DNA of 45,560 nucleotides from an uncultured Arenibacter sp. (GTDB lineage Bacteria; Bacteroidota; Bacteroidia; Flavobacteriales; Flavobacteriaceae), in the NCBI GenBank assembly GCA_963972175.1, contig CAXAVP010000001.1:1-45560 (forward strand). The letters run 5' to 3'. The notes beneath the pieces were generated by a model. The model did not search any database and was not told the origin of the DNA. It saw only the letters and a program-made list of their open reading frames with translations. Below, one piece after another: positions 19,871 to 29,317 of the stretch; the stretch's first letter is position 1; the number at the start of each line of letters is the position of its first letter. The position numbers and the translations under genes were made by a program.

Positions 19871-21349
19871 ATGAATTTAACTATAGAAAACATATTATTG
19901 GTTGGCTCCATTTTGCTATTTATAAGCATAGTAGTCGGTAAAACTTCATATAAGTTTGGGGTGCCAACCTTGTTGCTCTTTCTAGCAATAGGTATGCTGG
20001 CAGGGTCCGATGGTATTGGCGGTATACGTTTTGATGATCCAAAACTAGCCCAATTCATAGGAATTGTATCCTTAAATTTTATTCTATTTTCAGGTGGCTT
20101 GGATACCAATTGGAGTTCGGTTAAACCCATCCTAAGGGAGGGACTATTACTATCTACCTTGGGGGTTTTGCTAACAGCCTTATCACTTGGAACATTCGTT
20201 TGGTTCGTAACCGACTTCACTATTTACGAGAGTATGCTGTTGGGGTCTATTGTATCCTCTACCGATGCCGCTGCCGTATTCTCCATACTTAGGTCCAAGA
20301 GTTTGGCCCTTAGAACTAATTTAAGACCAACCCTGGAATTGGAAAGCGGAAGTAATGATCCTATGGCTTATGTACTCACGTTGGCATTTTTAACCTTGGT
20401 AATCCATCAGGACAAAAGTGTATATTCCATTATACCCTTATTTATACAACAAATGGCATTAGGAGCCGCTGGCGGCTTTGCTTTTGGAAAATTAAGCAAA
20501 TTAGTGATCAACAGAATTAGTCTAGGCTTTGAAGGACTATATCCTGTTTTGGTCATTGCTTTAATGTTTATAACCTTCTCTGCTACAGATTTTGTAGGGG
20601 GCAATGGATTTTTAGCCTTATATATTTGTGCCGTGTATTTGGGCAACCAAGATTTGATACACAAAAAGACCATCTTAAAAATGTTCGACGGTCTCGCCTG
20701 GTTAATGCAAATAGTGTTGTTCCTAACCTTGGGACTGCTTGTTTTTCCCACCCACATTATCCCTTATATGGGAATAGGCCTCTTAATTTCATTGTTCTTG
20801 ATAGTTGTAGCCAGACCAGTAGGGGTTTTTATAAGCCTAATGTTTTTCAAAATGAGGCTGAGGAGGCGTTTTTATATTTCATGGGTAGGTTTGCGCGGAG
20901 CAGTTCCTATTGTTTTTGCCACCTATCCCCTATTGGCGGGGATAGAAAAAGCAGACATTATATTCAATATAGTTTTCTTTATTTCGGTTACCTCCATTTT
21001 AATTCAAGGTACTACACTATCGGTCGTTGCAAAATGGTTAGGTGTGGCCATACCGGAAAAAGCTAAAAAATTAAACCCGACCGATCTTTTGTTATCCGAC
21101 AATCCCAAAACCATTATGAGGGAAATCTCCGTAGGTTCGCACTGTTTTGCCGCCAATAAAAAAATAGTGGAACTTGGGTTTCCAAAGAATGCTATTATAG
21201 CCATGATCAAAAGAGGTGATAAATACATTACCCCTAGCGGTTCTACCAAAATAGAGGACGAAGACACTTTAATTGTCCTCACCGATAAAATGAAAATTCT
21301 TGATGAAGTGTACAAAACACTTAAAATAGAGGAGGAGTTGCAGGTTTAA
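19871..21349 (+). CDS. Potassium/proton antiporter (NhaP2/CvrA-like, CPA1) with TrkA-C domain
   Basis: STDAAAVF, ELESGSNDP and GLRGAVPIV motifs, many TM helices, C-terminal RCK_C-like domain. Confidence 0.92.
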   Translation: MNLTIENILLVGSILLFISIVVGKTSYKFGVPTLLLFLAIGMLAGSDGIGGIRFDDPKLAQFIGIVSLNFILFSGGLDTNWSSVKPILREGLLLSTLGVLLTALSLGTFVWFVTDFTIYESMLLGSIVSSTDAAAVFSILRSKSLALRTNLRPTLELESGSNDPMAYVLTLAFLTLVIHQDKSVYSIIPLFIQQMALGAAGGFAFGKLSKLVINRISLGFEGLYPVLVIALMFITFSATDFVGGNGFLALYICAVYLGNQDLIHKKTILKMFDGLAWLMQIVLFLTLGLLVFPTHIIPYMGIGLLISLFLIVVARPVGVFISLMFFKMRLRRRFYISWVGLRGAVPIVFATYPLLAGIEKADIIFNIVFFISVTSILIQGTTLSVVAKWLGVAIPEKAKKLNPTDLLLSDNPKTIMREISVGSHCFAANKKIVELGFPKNAIIAMIKRGDKYITPSGSTKIEDEDTLIVLTDKMKILDEVYKTLKIEEELQV

Positions 21350-21590
21350 GAATAGGGAGGAACCATTAAGAAAAACTGGAAGCACCTCTCTGCATAAAAT
21401 GCTGGTAATCTGATCTTTACTTCAGTAAATCTATATTATATACGGGACTTAGACTGTAGCCATGTTCAGCAGCACTCATTTTATTTCAGGTATTTCTCTA
21501 TCAAATCTGCAGACTGCCGTATACTATAAACACCCTCAAATTAACAAATACAAAAAGAGTCAAGTTGCTCCTTTCCCTGTTTAGACACTT

Positions 21591-21711
21591 CTATTTCTTT
21601 TTCTCCAATAAGGGATTGGGGTAATTATCGGATTGGTCTTCAATAATCTCATCAAGGCAGACAAAATCTTTTTCCAGTACAAGAAGAAGCTCCTTTCCAT
21701 CGCCAGGTAAA
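21591..21711 (-). pseudogene. C-terminal fragment of a small conserved protein (DUF7009-like), separated from its N-terminus by an inversion
   Basis: Minus-strand translation LPGDGKELLLVLEKDFVCLDEIIEDQSDNYPNPLLEKKK* with no start; joins in frame to the 21863 ORF when 21703-22126 is flipped. Confidence 0.75.
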
Positions 21712-21774
21712 GGCACTAGGGTCACCATAAACTACAAGACAAATATTGGACAACCAAGGCAGATGGGGGGTTAA
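21703..21774 (+). pseudogene. Displaced C-terminal end of the NarX-like kinase HATPase domain
   Basis: Plus-strand translation PGKGTRVTINYKTNIGQPRQMGG*, the expected continuation of ...GRLFINSIPG on the opposite strand. Confidence 0.8.
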
Positions 21775-21862
21775 ATGTTTGGAACCCATTCTACAAATTT
21801 AAAAGTAACTTACATTAGCTGATGTATTGGCCCAATGGGAAAATGCATGAATAATTGTACAC

Positions 21863-22126
21863 ATGAAAATAAGGATTAACGGTAATTCTATACGCTACCG
21901 ACTTACCAAAACGGAGATGGAAACTTTTTGCAGTAAGGGTTACTATGAGGAGAAAACAGAGTTTAAGGACCCAAGCTTTACCTATAAATTAAGGGTTCAA
22001 AAGGATATCCTGAATATGAATACCGACTTTAAAAACGACACCATTACCATGTACTTGCCGGAACATAAAAAAAGATGGTTGGGCAACCAGCGATGTAATG
22101 GGATTTAAACATAGTCTTTCCCCTGG
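21863..22126 (+). pseudogene. N-terminal fragment of the DUF7009-like protein (frameshifted, inverted)
   Basis: MKIRINGNSIRYRLT...; apparent extra A in the A7 run at about 22067-22073, after which the frame reads DGWATSDVMGFKHSLSPG up to the breakpoint. Confidence 0.75.
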
Positions 22127-23896
22127 AATAGAATTAATAAACAAACGTCCATTGATGTAATTTATTCGCTCCTTCATAAAAAATAGCCCCATGCCCCCTT
22201 CACTATTATTTTTTGGCACCTTATTTAGTATTGAATCATCAAAACCTTTGCCATAGTCATCTACCGCCAAACTTAGCACATTAACATTATAGTTCAAGGC
22301 CACCAAAATATAATTGACATCTGCATATTTTATAGCATTGTTCACAGCCTCTTGTACAACCCTATAGATATTGGTTTCCGCTAAAGAGGTAAATCCAATA
22401 TTATCTTCGGTTCTATTTTCAAATAATATTTTTTCCCGTTAACTTGGAAAGTTCAGCAGTCATTTTTTGCAGGGCCGGAAAAATACCGTGATCACTAAGT
22501 TCTGGAGGGGTAAGATTAAAGGTTGCGGTGCGCACTCCCTTGATAAGGTCACTGGCCAAACCTTTTATGTATTCTATCTTTTCGGCTGTTTTTTCCTTGT
22601 TTTCCAAGTTGATAGATTCTATATTGAACTTTAAGGCCGTTAGCATCTGGCCAATTCCATGGTGAATATCCTTGGCAATACGCTTGCGTTCCTCTTCCTG
22701 ACCCTCTACAATTTGACTGGCCTGCAGTTGTTTTTGCCGCATAGTTTCCTCGTAATTCTGCTTGGTCAATTCCGCAACTTTTAATTGATTTTGCTTGCGT
22801 TCGGTAATGTCAGAGCAAAGAATAAGTATAGATTGTGGCCTGCCGGTTTGATGCATTGGAATAATGGACAAGTCAAGCCACAGTGCTTCTCCTTTAGTTG
22901 TTTTTGTCCTTATTTCTTCCTATCTAATATTTTTCCTGTTACTCTTTAATATTTCCATGAGGTATTGCTGCTGCCCCTCATCGGTCGTAAGTATTTCGTA
23001 TAATGGTTTATTAAGGTGCTGATCATTATCATGCCCCAATAGCTCATTGAATTTTTTACTGATAAAAACTACTTTACCATCCTGTTTGGTACTTGCAAAC
23101 AGTGCGGCATTGTCTATAACAAAGTTTAACTCCTGTAATTCCTGTAAGGACTTTTCTTTTTCCTGGTACAGTTTTTTTATTTCCTAATTATTTTCTTCGG
23201 ATGTTCTCTGCGCTATAATTAATTTTTTTATGGTATTCCTGATTTGCAGGGAAAGCGGTTTAAAAATGAACAGTATTTCCAGCAACAAAATCAACAAAGA
23301 GAAACCCAATAAGAAATACGCTTTATACTTTAAGTTTTTCAACTGGGTTTCACTAAAGGAATCGTATTTATTAACGATAGTATCCATCACACTTAAAAAA
23401 TCCCTTTCGTTTCGCAGCAGAATATTAACATCTGTCTGGTTGGGAAGGGCATTTTGATCTGTATTCGCTAAAATGCGCTCTACCGCTCCCACCATATTGT
23501 TATGGTACGAGTCTAATTTTTTAAATAGCGCCTATATCTCATTATTATCTCCTTTGGGAATTCCAAAATCGAGATCCCCAAACTGGAGTGCCTGATGCGA
23601 TTTTTTCCATGTGACCAATGTTTCCCTTAGTTGGCTGAGTACCAAATTCCACTGTACAATGCCATCGGTTTCTTTTAACAATAGCACCTCTTTGGTCAAT
23701 TTTTGACTAAAAGCCCTTGTCTACCCGCCACATTAATTTCGCGAAAATCATCCAATTGGGAGTTTAAATGATGTTGAATCAGGATTTGGGCGATTATAAT
23801 AGTTAGGGCAATGGTCGCCAATGCCAACAGATACCATTTTCTAACCCTTAAAAAGGTGGTGGTATCCAATGGTGAAATCATATTATTGTTGTTCAT
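22118..23896 (-). pseudogene. NarX-like nitrate/nitrite sensor histidine kinase (sensor-PAS-HisKA_3-HATPase), inactivated
   Basis: P-box-like INVAGRQ, QEEERKRIAKDIHHGIGQ, QEAVNNAIKYA, DYGKGF, GMGL; frameshifts near 23717 and 22430, TAG stops at 23532-23534, 23184-23186 and 22920-22922, C-terminus removed by inversion. Confidence 0.88.
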
Positions 23897-23927
23897 TTCC
23901 CTAACCTCAAAAGGTAAATAGATCTAA

Positions 23928-24515
23928 CTATTCTTTAAGAGCCTTTTCAATCAATTCACGGGATTCCTTGGATAGCGGAAGTTTTAAAGCGGCCTGCTGC
24001 CCTTTTTCCGACATTTTCCGCCACGTTTTTTGCAGAATGTCCAATAGTTTTTCCTCCGGATATTTATGGGAAAAAGGTTCAAAGTAAAATTCCAAAAAAA
24101 CAAGACAGATTACATCTTCCAAAGTTTGAGTTTCCGAATTCTTTTTAAGTTGCTTTTTCTCCAACAAAAATGCAACTTGGTCTATCATATCTTGGCCATA
24201 ACCCGCTTCCTTAAGAATATCGCTAGCAATTTCTGCATGAAACTTTTTAAGATCCTGTCGCCATTTAAGATATCCTGCCCTGTTCATCTCGTAAGATTCC
24301 CTAGGTATCTCCCATCTCCTAATATGCTGGCACCTTGCAGTAAGCTGCAATGCTTCAGAGGCCTCAGGGGTAAAACTGTTTAATTTATTGGTCATTCTTA
24401 TTGCGTACAACAATTCTTTGGGATACTCTTTTCCTTCCCAAACTTCAATATTGGTGTCTTCTTCATTTGCCGCATCAAATAGACGAAAGGCATTTTTAAG
24501 TTTGTCTTTAGCCAT
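23928..24515 (-). CDS. DUF4202 domain protein
   Basis: Intact 195-aa ORF with ARCQHIRRWEIPR, GYLKWR, LEDVICLVFL and KTWRKMS motifs. Confidence 0.85.
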   Translation of the reverse strand: MAKDKLKNAFRLFDAANEEDTNIEVWEGKEYPKELLYAIRMTNKLNSFTPEASEALQLTARCQHIRRWEIPRESYEMNRAGYLKWRQDLKKFHAEIASDILKEAGYGQDMIDQVAFLLEKKQLKKNSETQTLEDVICLVFLEFYFEPFSHKYPEEKLLDILQKTWRKMSEKGQQAALKLPLSKESRELIEKALKE

Positions 24516-24539
24516 AATTATGTTGGTTTTTCTCCAAAG

Positions 24540-24918
24540 CTATTCAGAAAAACCAATATAAACAAAGCCACCCTCTATTTTAATCGGATAAGTGGCAATG
24601 GGACTTAAATCACCAATGAAGTGCTTGCCTGTTTTTAAGGAAAATAATTTTTTATGCAACGTACGGGCTACTTTGGGCTCTCCACTATCTTCCCCAATTA
24701 GGCCGTGGGAAAGCACCATTTCCATTTTATGGGGACATAGATTTTGACAGGCATACCAAGTATTTTCCCTGCTATGGTTGAAAACGGCAATTTGTTTGTC
24801 CTTAATATTTTTTAGAGGCCCCACCATTTGCTGGAAATTTGGTCACTGGAGCAGCCTTGAACCAGATGCTCACCTGATCTGCCTCTACAGATTGGTATAT
24901 ATTTAAGTTAGGTATCAT
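24540..24918 (-). pseudogene. nirD: Nitrite reductase small subunit (Rieske-like), frameshifted
   Basis: MIPNLNIYQSV...FPANGGA, frameshift near 24815, then KQIAVFN...ACQNLCPHK...; second motif (normally CPLH) reads RTLH. Confidence 0.85.
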
Positions 24919-25013
24919 GTTTTTTATTTTAATAGGAGCCACAATAAGGGGTCCTGGGGTTGGACAATCTTTTTTTTTAGAAAAAATCTCATTTAAAGTG
25001 TTTTGGGGAACTA

Positions 25014-25680
25014 TCAGCCCCAAGCCTTGGGCATTTTTTGTTCTCTTAAGGAAACAAATTCAATAGTATCATCCTGTTCTTCGGAATTAACAAAATGAGT
25101 GTATCTAGCCCTTATTTCTGGATTCTCAACGGCCTCTTTCCATTCGCATTTGTATGTATCCACCAAATTTTGCATGCCCTGATCCAACTCCTCGGCAATT
25201 TCCAGGCAATCATTGATAACCACTTCCTTCACATAATCTATTCCACCATCCAATTTTTCTAACCAGGCAGCTTTACGGGTTAGGGGAGGTGCTGTTTGGA
25301 TATAATACATTAGGAAACGAACTACATATTGGGCCGCTGTTGCTTTGTCCACTTTTTCGGTCAATAGTTGGGCGTATTTGGGGTTGGCCCCACCATAATC
25401 ACATACATAAACCTTCCTGCCACCTTCTGCAGCTATAAATCCAAAATCCTTGTTCCTGGCCTCGGCACATTCCCGTATACAACCCGACACACCTCCTTTA
25501 ATTTTGTGGGGTGATCTAATTCCCTTGTAACGGCTCTCCATATCTATGGCAAAGGTAACACTCTCATCCATGCCATAGCGACACCAAGTTGAACCTACAC
25601 AACTCTTCACGGTCCTAAGGGATTTTCCATGGGCCTGTCCAGTTTCAAAACCTTCCGCGATCAATTCTTCCCAAATAAGT
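25014..25680 (-). pseudogene. nirB: NAD(P)H nitrite reductase large subunit, 3' fragment only
   Basis: KSLRTVKSCVGSTWCRYG and SGCIRECAEA siroheme/4Fe-4S ligands, YKCEWKEA tail; FAD/NAD domains absent and similarity stops at about 25680. Confidence 0.9.
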
Positions 25681-25932
25681 AGAAAATACTTTGGACAATT
25701 GGGGAAAGCTGGGATAAAGAAAACGGAAAGTTTCAAGAATGATAAACTTAACCTAAAAAGGGAAGTCTACCAATGCACTTCGTGTATCACGGTCTAGAAT
25801 GGGCAGTACGGGGATGCGAAGGGGAAAATACCCAGTGGCACGCCTTTTAAAGATGTTTCCGAAGGGTATCCCTGCCCTGTTTGTGCCACACCAAAATCCC
25901 AATTTTTAAAAATGAAACTGGAAATAATTTAA
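25675..25932 (+). pseudogene. Rubredoxin-domain protein, 3' fragment with premature stop (not in ORF track)
   Basis: Manual translation ISRKYFGQLG...YQCTSCITV*NGQYGD...IPSGTPFKDVSEGYPCPVCATPKSQF...; two CxxC motifs, TAG at 25795-25797, no start codon. Confidence 0.85.
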
Positions 25933-25955
25933 TTATTGGGCAATTTTGTAGAATT

Positions 25956-28064
25956 TCAATGTGCCAAAAGCTTCTTTTCCATGGCGTTTAGCAATAGATT
26001 GATAGTGAAAATACTACCCTCTCCACTTTTGCTCTCCACTTCAATAGAACCGTTCATGGTCTCTACTTGGGTCTTTACTAAGTATAGACCAATACCCTTA
26101 CCCTGGGTACTTCCACTTAACTTACCGTACATATTAAAGATTTTTTTTCTTCTTTCCTCATTCAATTCCATACCCTGACCATTGTCCGATAAAACAATCT
26201 GGATGCCACCTATTGGGGTTGTATTGGAATAGATTACGATATGCGGATCACGCTCTGGGGACCTATGCTTTATTGAATTCATTATTAGATGATAAAATAT
26301 ATTGGAAAAATAACGTTTCATGCCAAAGGCAGTAGGGGCCTTGGCAAAATCAAATTCAATTGTAGTGTGGTATTTGTCAATTTCATCGGAAATTAGAATG
26401 AGAATATCTTCCATAACCCCCTTGAGGTCTACCTGCTCAAAGTCGATCGTAGCAATATTTTTTAGTGTCAAGGAATGGTTAAGGTCTTTAATGGTACCAT
26501 CCAATTTTTTTACGGTATTGCCCATCAACATTATTATATCCTTGTGATCCCTGTTATCATTGTGTTCCAACAGGTCTATTAAGCTGAGAAGGGTAGAAAT
26601 AGGCCCCCTGATATTATGGGAAATAATATATACAAAGTTCTGAAGCTCACGATATTGTTGAAGAATACGTTCCCTGGCATTTTCCATAATGCTAATATCC
26701 TGGGTAGTACCTGCCATTCTTACTACAGTATTGTTTTTATCAAGAAATAATTTTCCCTTTTGATGCACATGACGTAAATGCCCATCTTCTAAAATAATTT
26801 TATGGGAAATGTCCGGCTCTTCACGATTTTCTAAGCTATACTGCACATTGTTATCAAAATTTTCCCTGTCCTCTGGATGAATGAGCTCCAAGAGGGCTTC
26901 ATAAGTAGGCGTAAATGTTTTTTGGTCCTTTCCAAATATACTATATAACTGATCGGACCACTTAATTTCATTGTTTTTAATATCCCATTCCCAGTTTCCT
27001 ATATTGGCAATTCTCTGTGCCTCCTTTAACGAACTTTCACTTTCCTTTAATTCCTCCATGGCTCTAATTCGCTTGGTGATATCACGTTGATAAACACTAC
27101 ACCCAACAATTAGCCCATGATCATCAATTATAGGGTTAAACGATAGCTCATAAAATATTTTCCTTCCCTCTTTTTCAATCTCAACTTCAGTTAAAAAGCT
27201 AGTTCCCGACAGAACCCTATCGTAGTAGTCTTTGGTCTTGGATTTATTTTCCAAGAAATATCCCGCCTCCAATACATTCTCGCCCTTGATAGGGGCAATA
27301 CCACCATCATCCAACCTGCCTTTTGCGAATACCGAATTATAGGCGATGAGCGTATAGTTTTTATCCACGGTCCAAATACGGTCCGAAGTATTCTCCAGTA
27401 TAGATGCCAAATGTCTGGATTGACTTTCCATGTTTTTTGAAAGCACTCCAACGGAATCGATAATACGTTTGATAAAAAAATGATATAACAACCATATGAA
27501 GATTAAGAACAAAAAGGTTAAAATACCTAGTACATAGGTAAGATTGCCTATTGTATTATCAATATGCAATTGTAGGGCCCCAACCATTTGATCCATTCCG
27601 GCCAAGTATTTCCGTTCCCAAATACTTAACTCTCTTAATTCAGCTTTACTTAAATTTGCTAAGTTTAACTGCTTTGAAATTAATTGGATATTTTCTTGGT
27701 AGGGTGCAATCGCCCTAAGAATACTGTCTACAGTTTTATTTTCTATTTTTGGGATATTAAGGGCCTCATTGCCATTTTGGAACCCTCTATGAACGGCACT
27801 CCACAATGCTACATCTTCCGATATTTCAATTTGATTTTGTTCACTGGTTTGTAGATAGTAAATACTTTTTGCTATTTTCTGGCTTAGCATTCGCTGTCTA
27901 CCGGCTAAGTTGATGATACTAGACTCGTATTCCCGCAGATTGGTGGTTAAGTTTATACCAATTGCCAACAATATTGCAAAAACGAAGGTTAGTGCAAAAC
28001 TGCTAATGATAGACCTTCTTATTTTGCCGAAGGAAGCATTTTCCTTAAGGGAGTTAATTTCCAT
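25956..28064 (-). CDS. Membrane sensor histidine kinase with NarX/PilJ-like sensor and two PAS domains
   Basis: TM-IINLAGRQRMLSQK-TM, PAS domains (IGNWEWD...IHPEDR), H-box ISHNIRGP, DNGQGM, GKGIGL; intact 702 aa. Confidence 0.9.
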   Translation of the reverse strand: MEINSLKENASFGKIRRSIISSFALTFVFAILLAIGINLTTNLREYESSIINLAGRQRMLSQKIAKSIYYLQTSEQNQIEISEDVALWSAVHRGFQNGNEALNIPKIENKTVDSILRAIAPYQENIQLISKQLNLANLSKAELRELSIWERKYLAGMDQMVGALQLHIDNTIGNLTYVLGILTFLFLIFIWLLYHFFIKRIIDSVGVLSKNMESQSRHLASILENTSDRIWTVDKNYTLIAYNSVFAKGRLDDGGIAPIKGENVLEAGYFLENKSKTKDYYDRVLSGTSFLTEVEIEKEGRKIFYELSFNPIIDDHGLIVGCSVYQRDITKRIRAMEELKESESSLKEAQRIANIGNWEWDIKNNEIKWSDQLYSIFGKDQKTFTPTYEALLELIHPEDRENFDNNVQYSLENREEPDISHKIILEDGHLRHVHQKGKLFLDKNNTVVRMAGTTQDISIMENARERILQQYRELQNFVYIISHNIRGPISTLLSLIDLLEHNDNRDHKDIIMLMGNTVKKLDGTIKDLNHSLTLKNIATIDFEQVDLKGVMEDILILISDEIDKYHTTIEFDFAKAPTAFGMKRYFSNIFYHLIMNSIKHRSPERDPHIVIYSNTTPIGGIQIVLSDNGQGMELNEERRKKIFNMYGKLSGSTQGKGIGLYLVKTQVETMNGSIEVESKSGEGSIFTINLLLNAMEKKLLAH

Positions 28065-28167
28065 TTATATCGTTTATATTCATAACTTGGGTATTGTCAT
28101 GAATGGATAGCTTACAAAAAAACAATAGCTATGAACAATGTCCATATAGATCATTGTTTTAGGGTTT

Positions 28168-28593
28168 CTATTGCGATGCAGGCGTTAATCGGGAACTATT
28201 ATGAACAAAATTTATTATCTCGTTATATTTCAATGGCTTGGTTATATATTGATTTATCAAAGGATGGGAATTTCCCTTGGCCATATCCTCATAATCTATA
28301 GAAGAGGTTATCATTAACAAATCAAATACTTTTCCCTCTTTAGCCAAAGCATTGGCTTTGTCCAAGAATTCAAATCCATCCATTTCGGGCATGTTGATAT
28401 CCAATAGAATCAATATTTTGATATCGTTATCATCCAATTTTCTACGTAGCTCCAATAGGGCCTCTAAGGGATTCAGGAATATTTTAATCTCTTTGGCAAT
28501 GCCAGTTCGCTTAATAATATGATGATGTACAAGATTTATAACACTATCATCATCAACTAGCAATACCAAATCGTAGGTTAAGATATTTTTCAT
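28168..28593 (-). CDS. Single-domain response regulator (receiver only)
   Basis: LVDDD, LLDINMPEMDGFEF, ITSS and KP motifs; no output domain. Confidence 0.92.
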   Translation of the reverse strand: MKNILTYDLVLLVDDDSVINLVHHHIIKRTGIAKEIKIFLNPLEALLELRRKLDDNDIKILILLDINMPEMDGFEFLDKANALAKEGKVFDLLMITSSIDYEDMAKGNSHPLINQYITKPLKYNEIINFVHNSSRLTPASQ

Positions 28594-28790
28594 GCTTTGG
28601 GATTAAAGTATAATATATGAGGGACCAATGCTTTTGTTTCTATTTGCTTTAGTTGTTTCTATTTCGTTATTGCTACTAAAAACTCCACTTAGAAATTCTT
28701 ATCAGATGTATAATCAAGCTAAAAATAGACTTCTATCCGTAGGGTCTTTAAGCAATTGTTATATTATTATATACTTGGGTTTAGGAATGC

Positions 28791-28815
28791 CCTAGTTTAT
28801 AACCTATAAACTAGG
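28791..28815. promoter_or_regulatory. Perfect inverted repeat, candidate operator or hairpin
   Basis: CCTAGTTTATA-ACC-TATAAACTAGG in the divergent intergenic region. Confidence 0.45.
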
Positions 28816-29317
28816 TAAAATATTATATTAATGTAGGAAAATTCATCTAAATTTAAGGTTTTGTTAACAATTTATATGTGTATGATAGAAATTAAATTCT
28901 AGTATAAGCCATAAAACCCTAAACATAATAGTAAAAGGCTACAGGCATTGATATGATGTAACTCGCTTAGACAACTCATGTTAAAACTAGATTTATGACC
29001 TGAAAAAATACTTTATAGCTCCATTAATTACATTGTCCAAGTAGACGTCAGCTGTTGTTTATATCAAAAAAATATTAAGTATACAATATGGAGTTTCCAA
29101 TGCTAAAACCAACCAAAAATAGCTGAAGAAAAAGCCTTTAGAAACTTGCTTATACCACAGATAAATACACTTACACAACAAAATTGTGACATACCGTTCA
29201 TTTAATTGGAAAAGGGCACAATATTTTAAGGGTCTAACTCGTTATAGGATCTTTCCTACAAAATAAGGAAAAACAGTACTGTTTTATAATCCAATTATTA
29301 CCTAAAAGGGGCATATC

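Noticed and set aside
21989-22117. C-terminal RLCLNPITSLV... of the 118-aa minus ORF
   Set aside because: Antisense of the inverted DUF7009-like fragment; an artefact of the inversion
24802-25023. 73-aa minus ORF as a separate gene
   Set aside because: Its 3' half is the nirD N-terminus before the frameshift; the 5' half is intergenic read-through from an alternative start
25681-25736. ORF-track N-terminus of the 240-aa nirB ORF (MKLSVFFIPAF...)
   Set aside because: It is the antisense read-through of the rubredoxin fragment across the deletion junction, not a real start
22920-25797. All four premature stops in the kinase and rubredoxin pseudogenes are TAG, suggesting amber recoding
   Set aside because: The same genes also carry frameshifts or truncations, and intact genes in the window (for example those ending at 19601, 36853 and 37854) terminate normally at TAG
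28249-28260. TTGAT-TT-ATCAA FNR-like palindrome
   Set aside because: Spacer is 2 nt instead of 4 and it lies inside the response regulator CDS
29185-29200. TGTGA CRP-like half site upstream of the adhesin
   Set aside because: No matching TCACA half at the correct spacing
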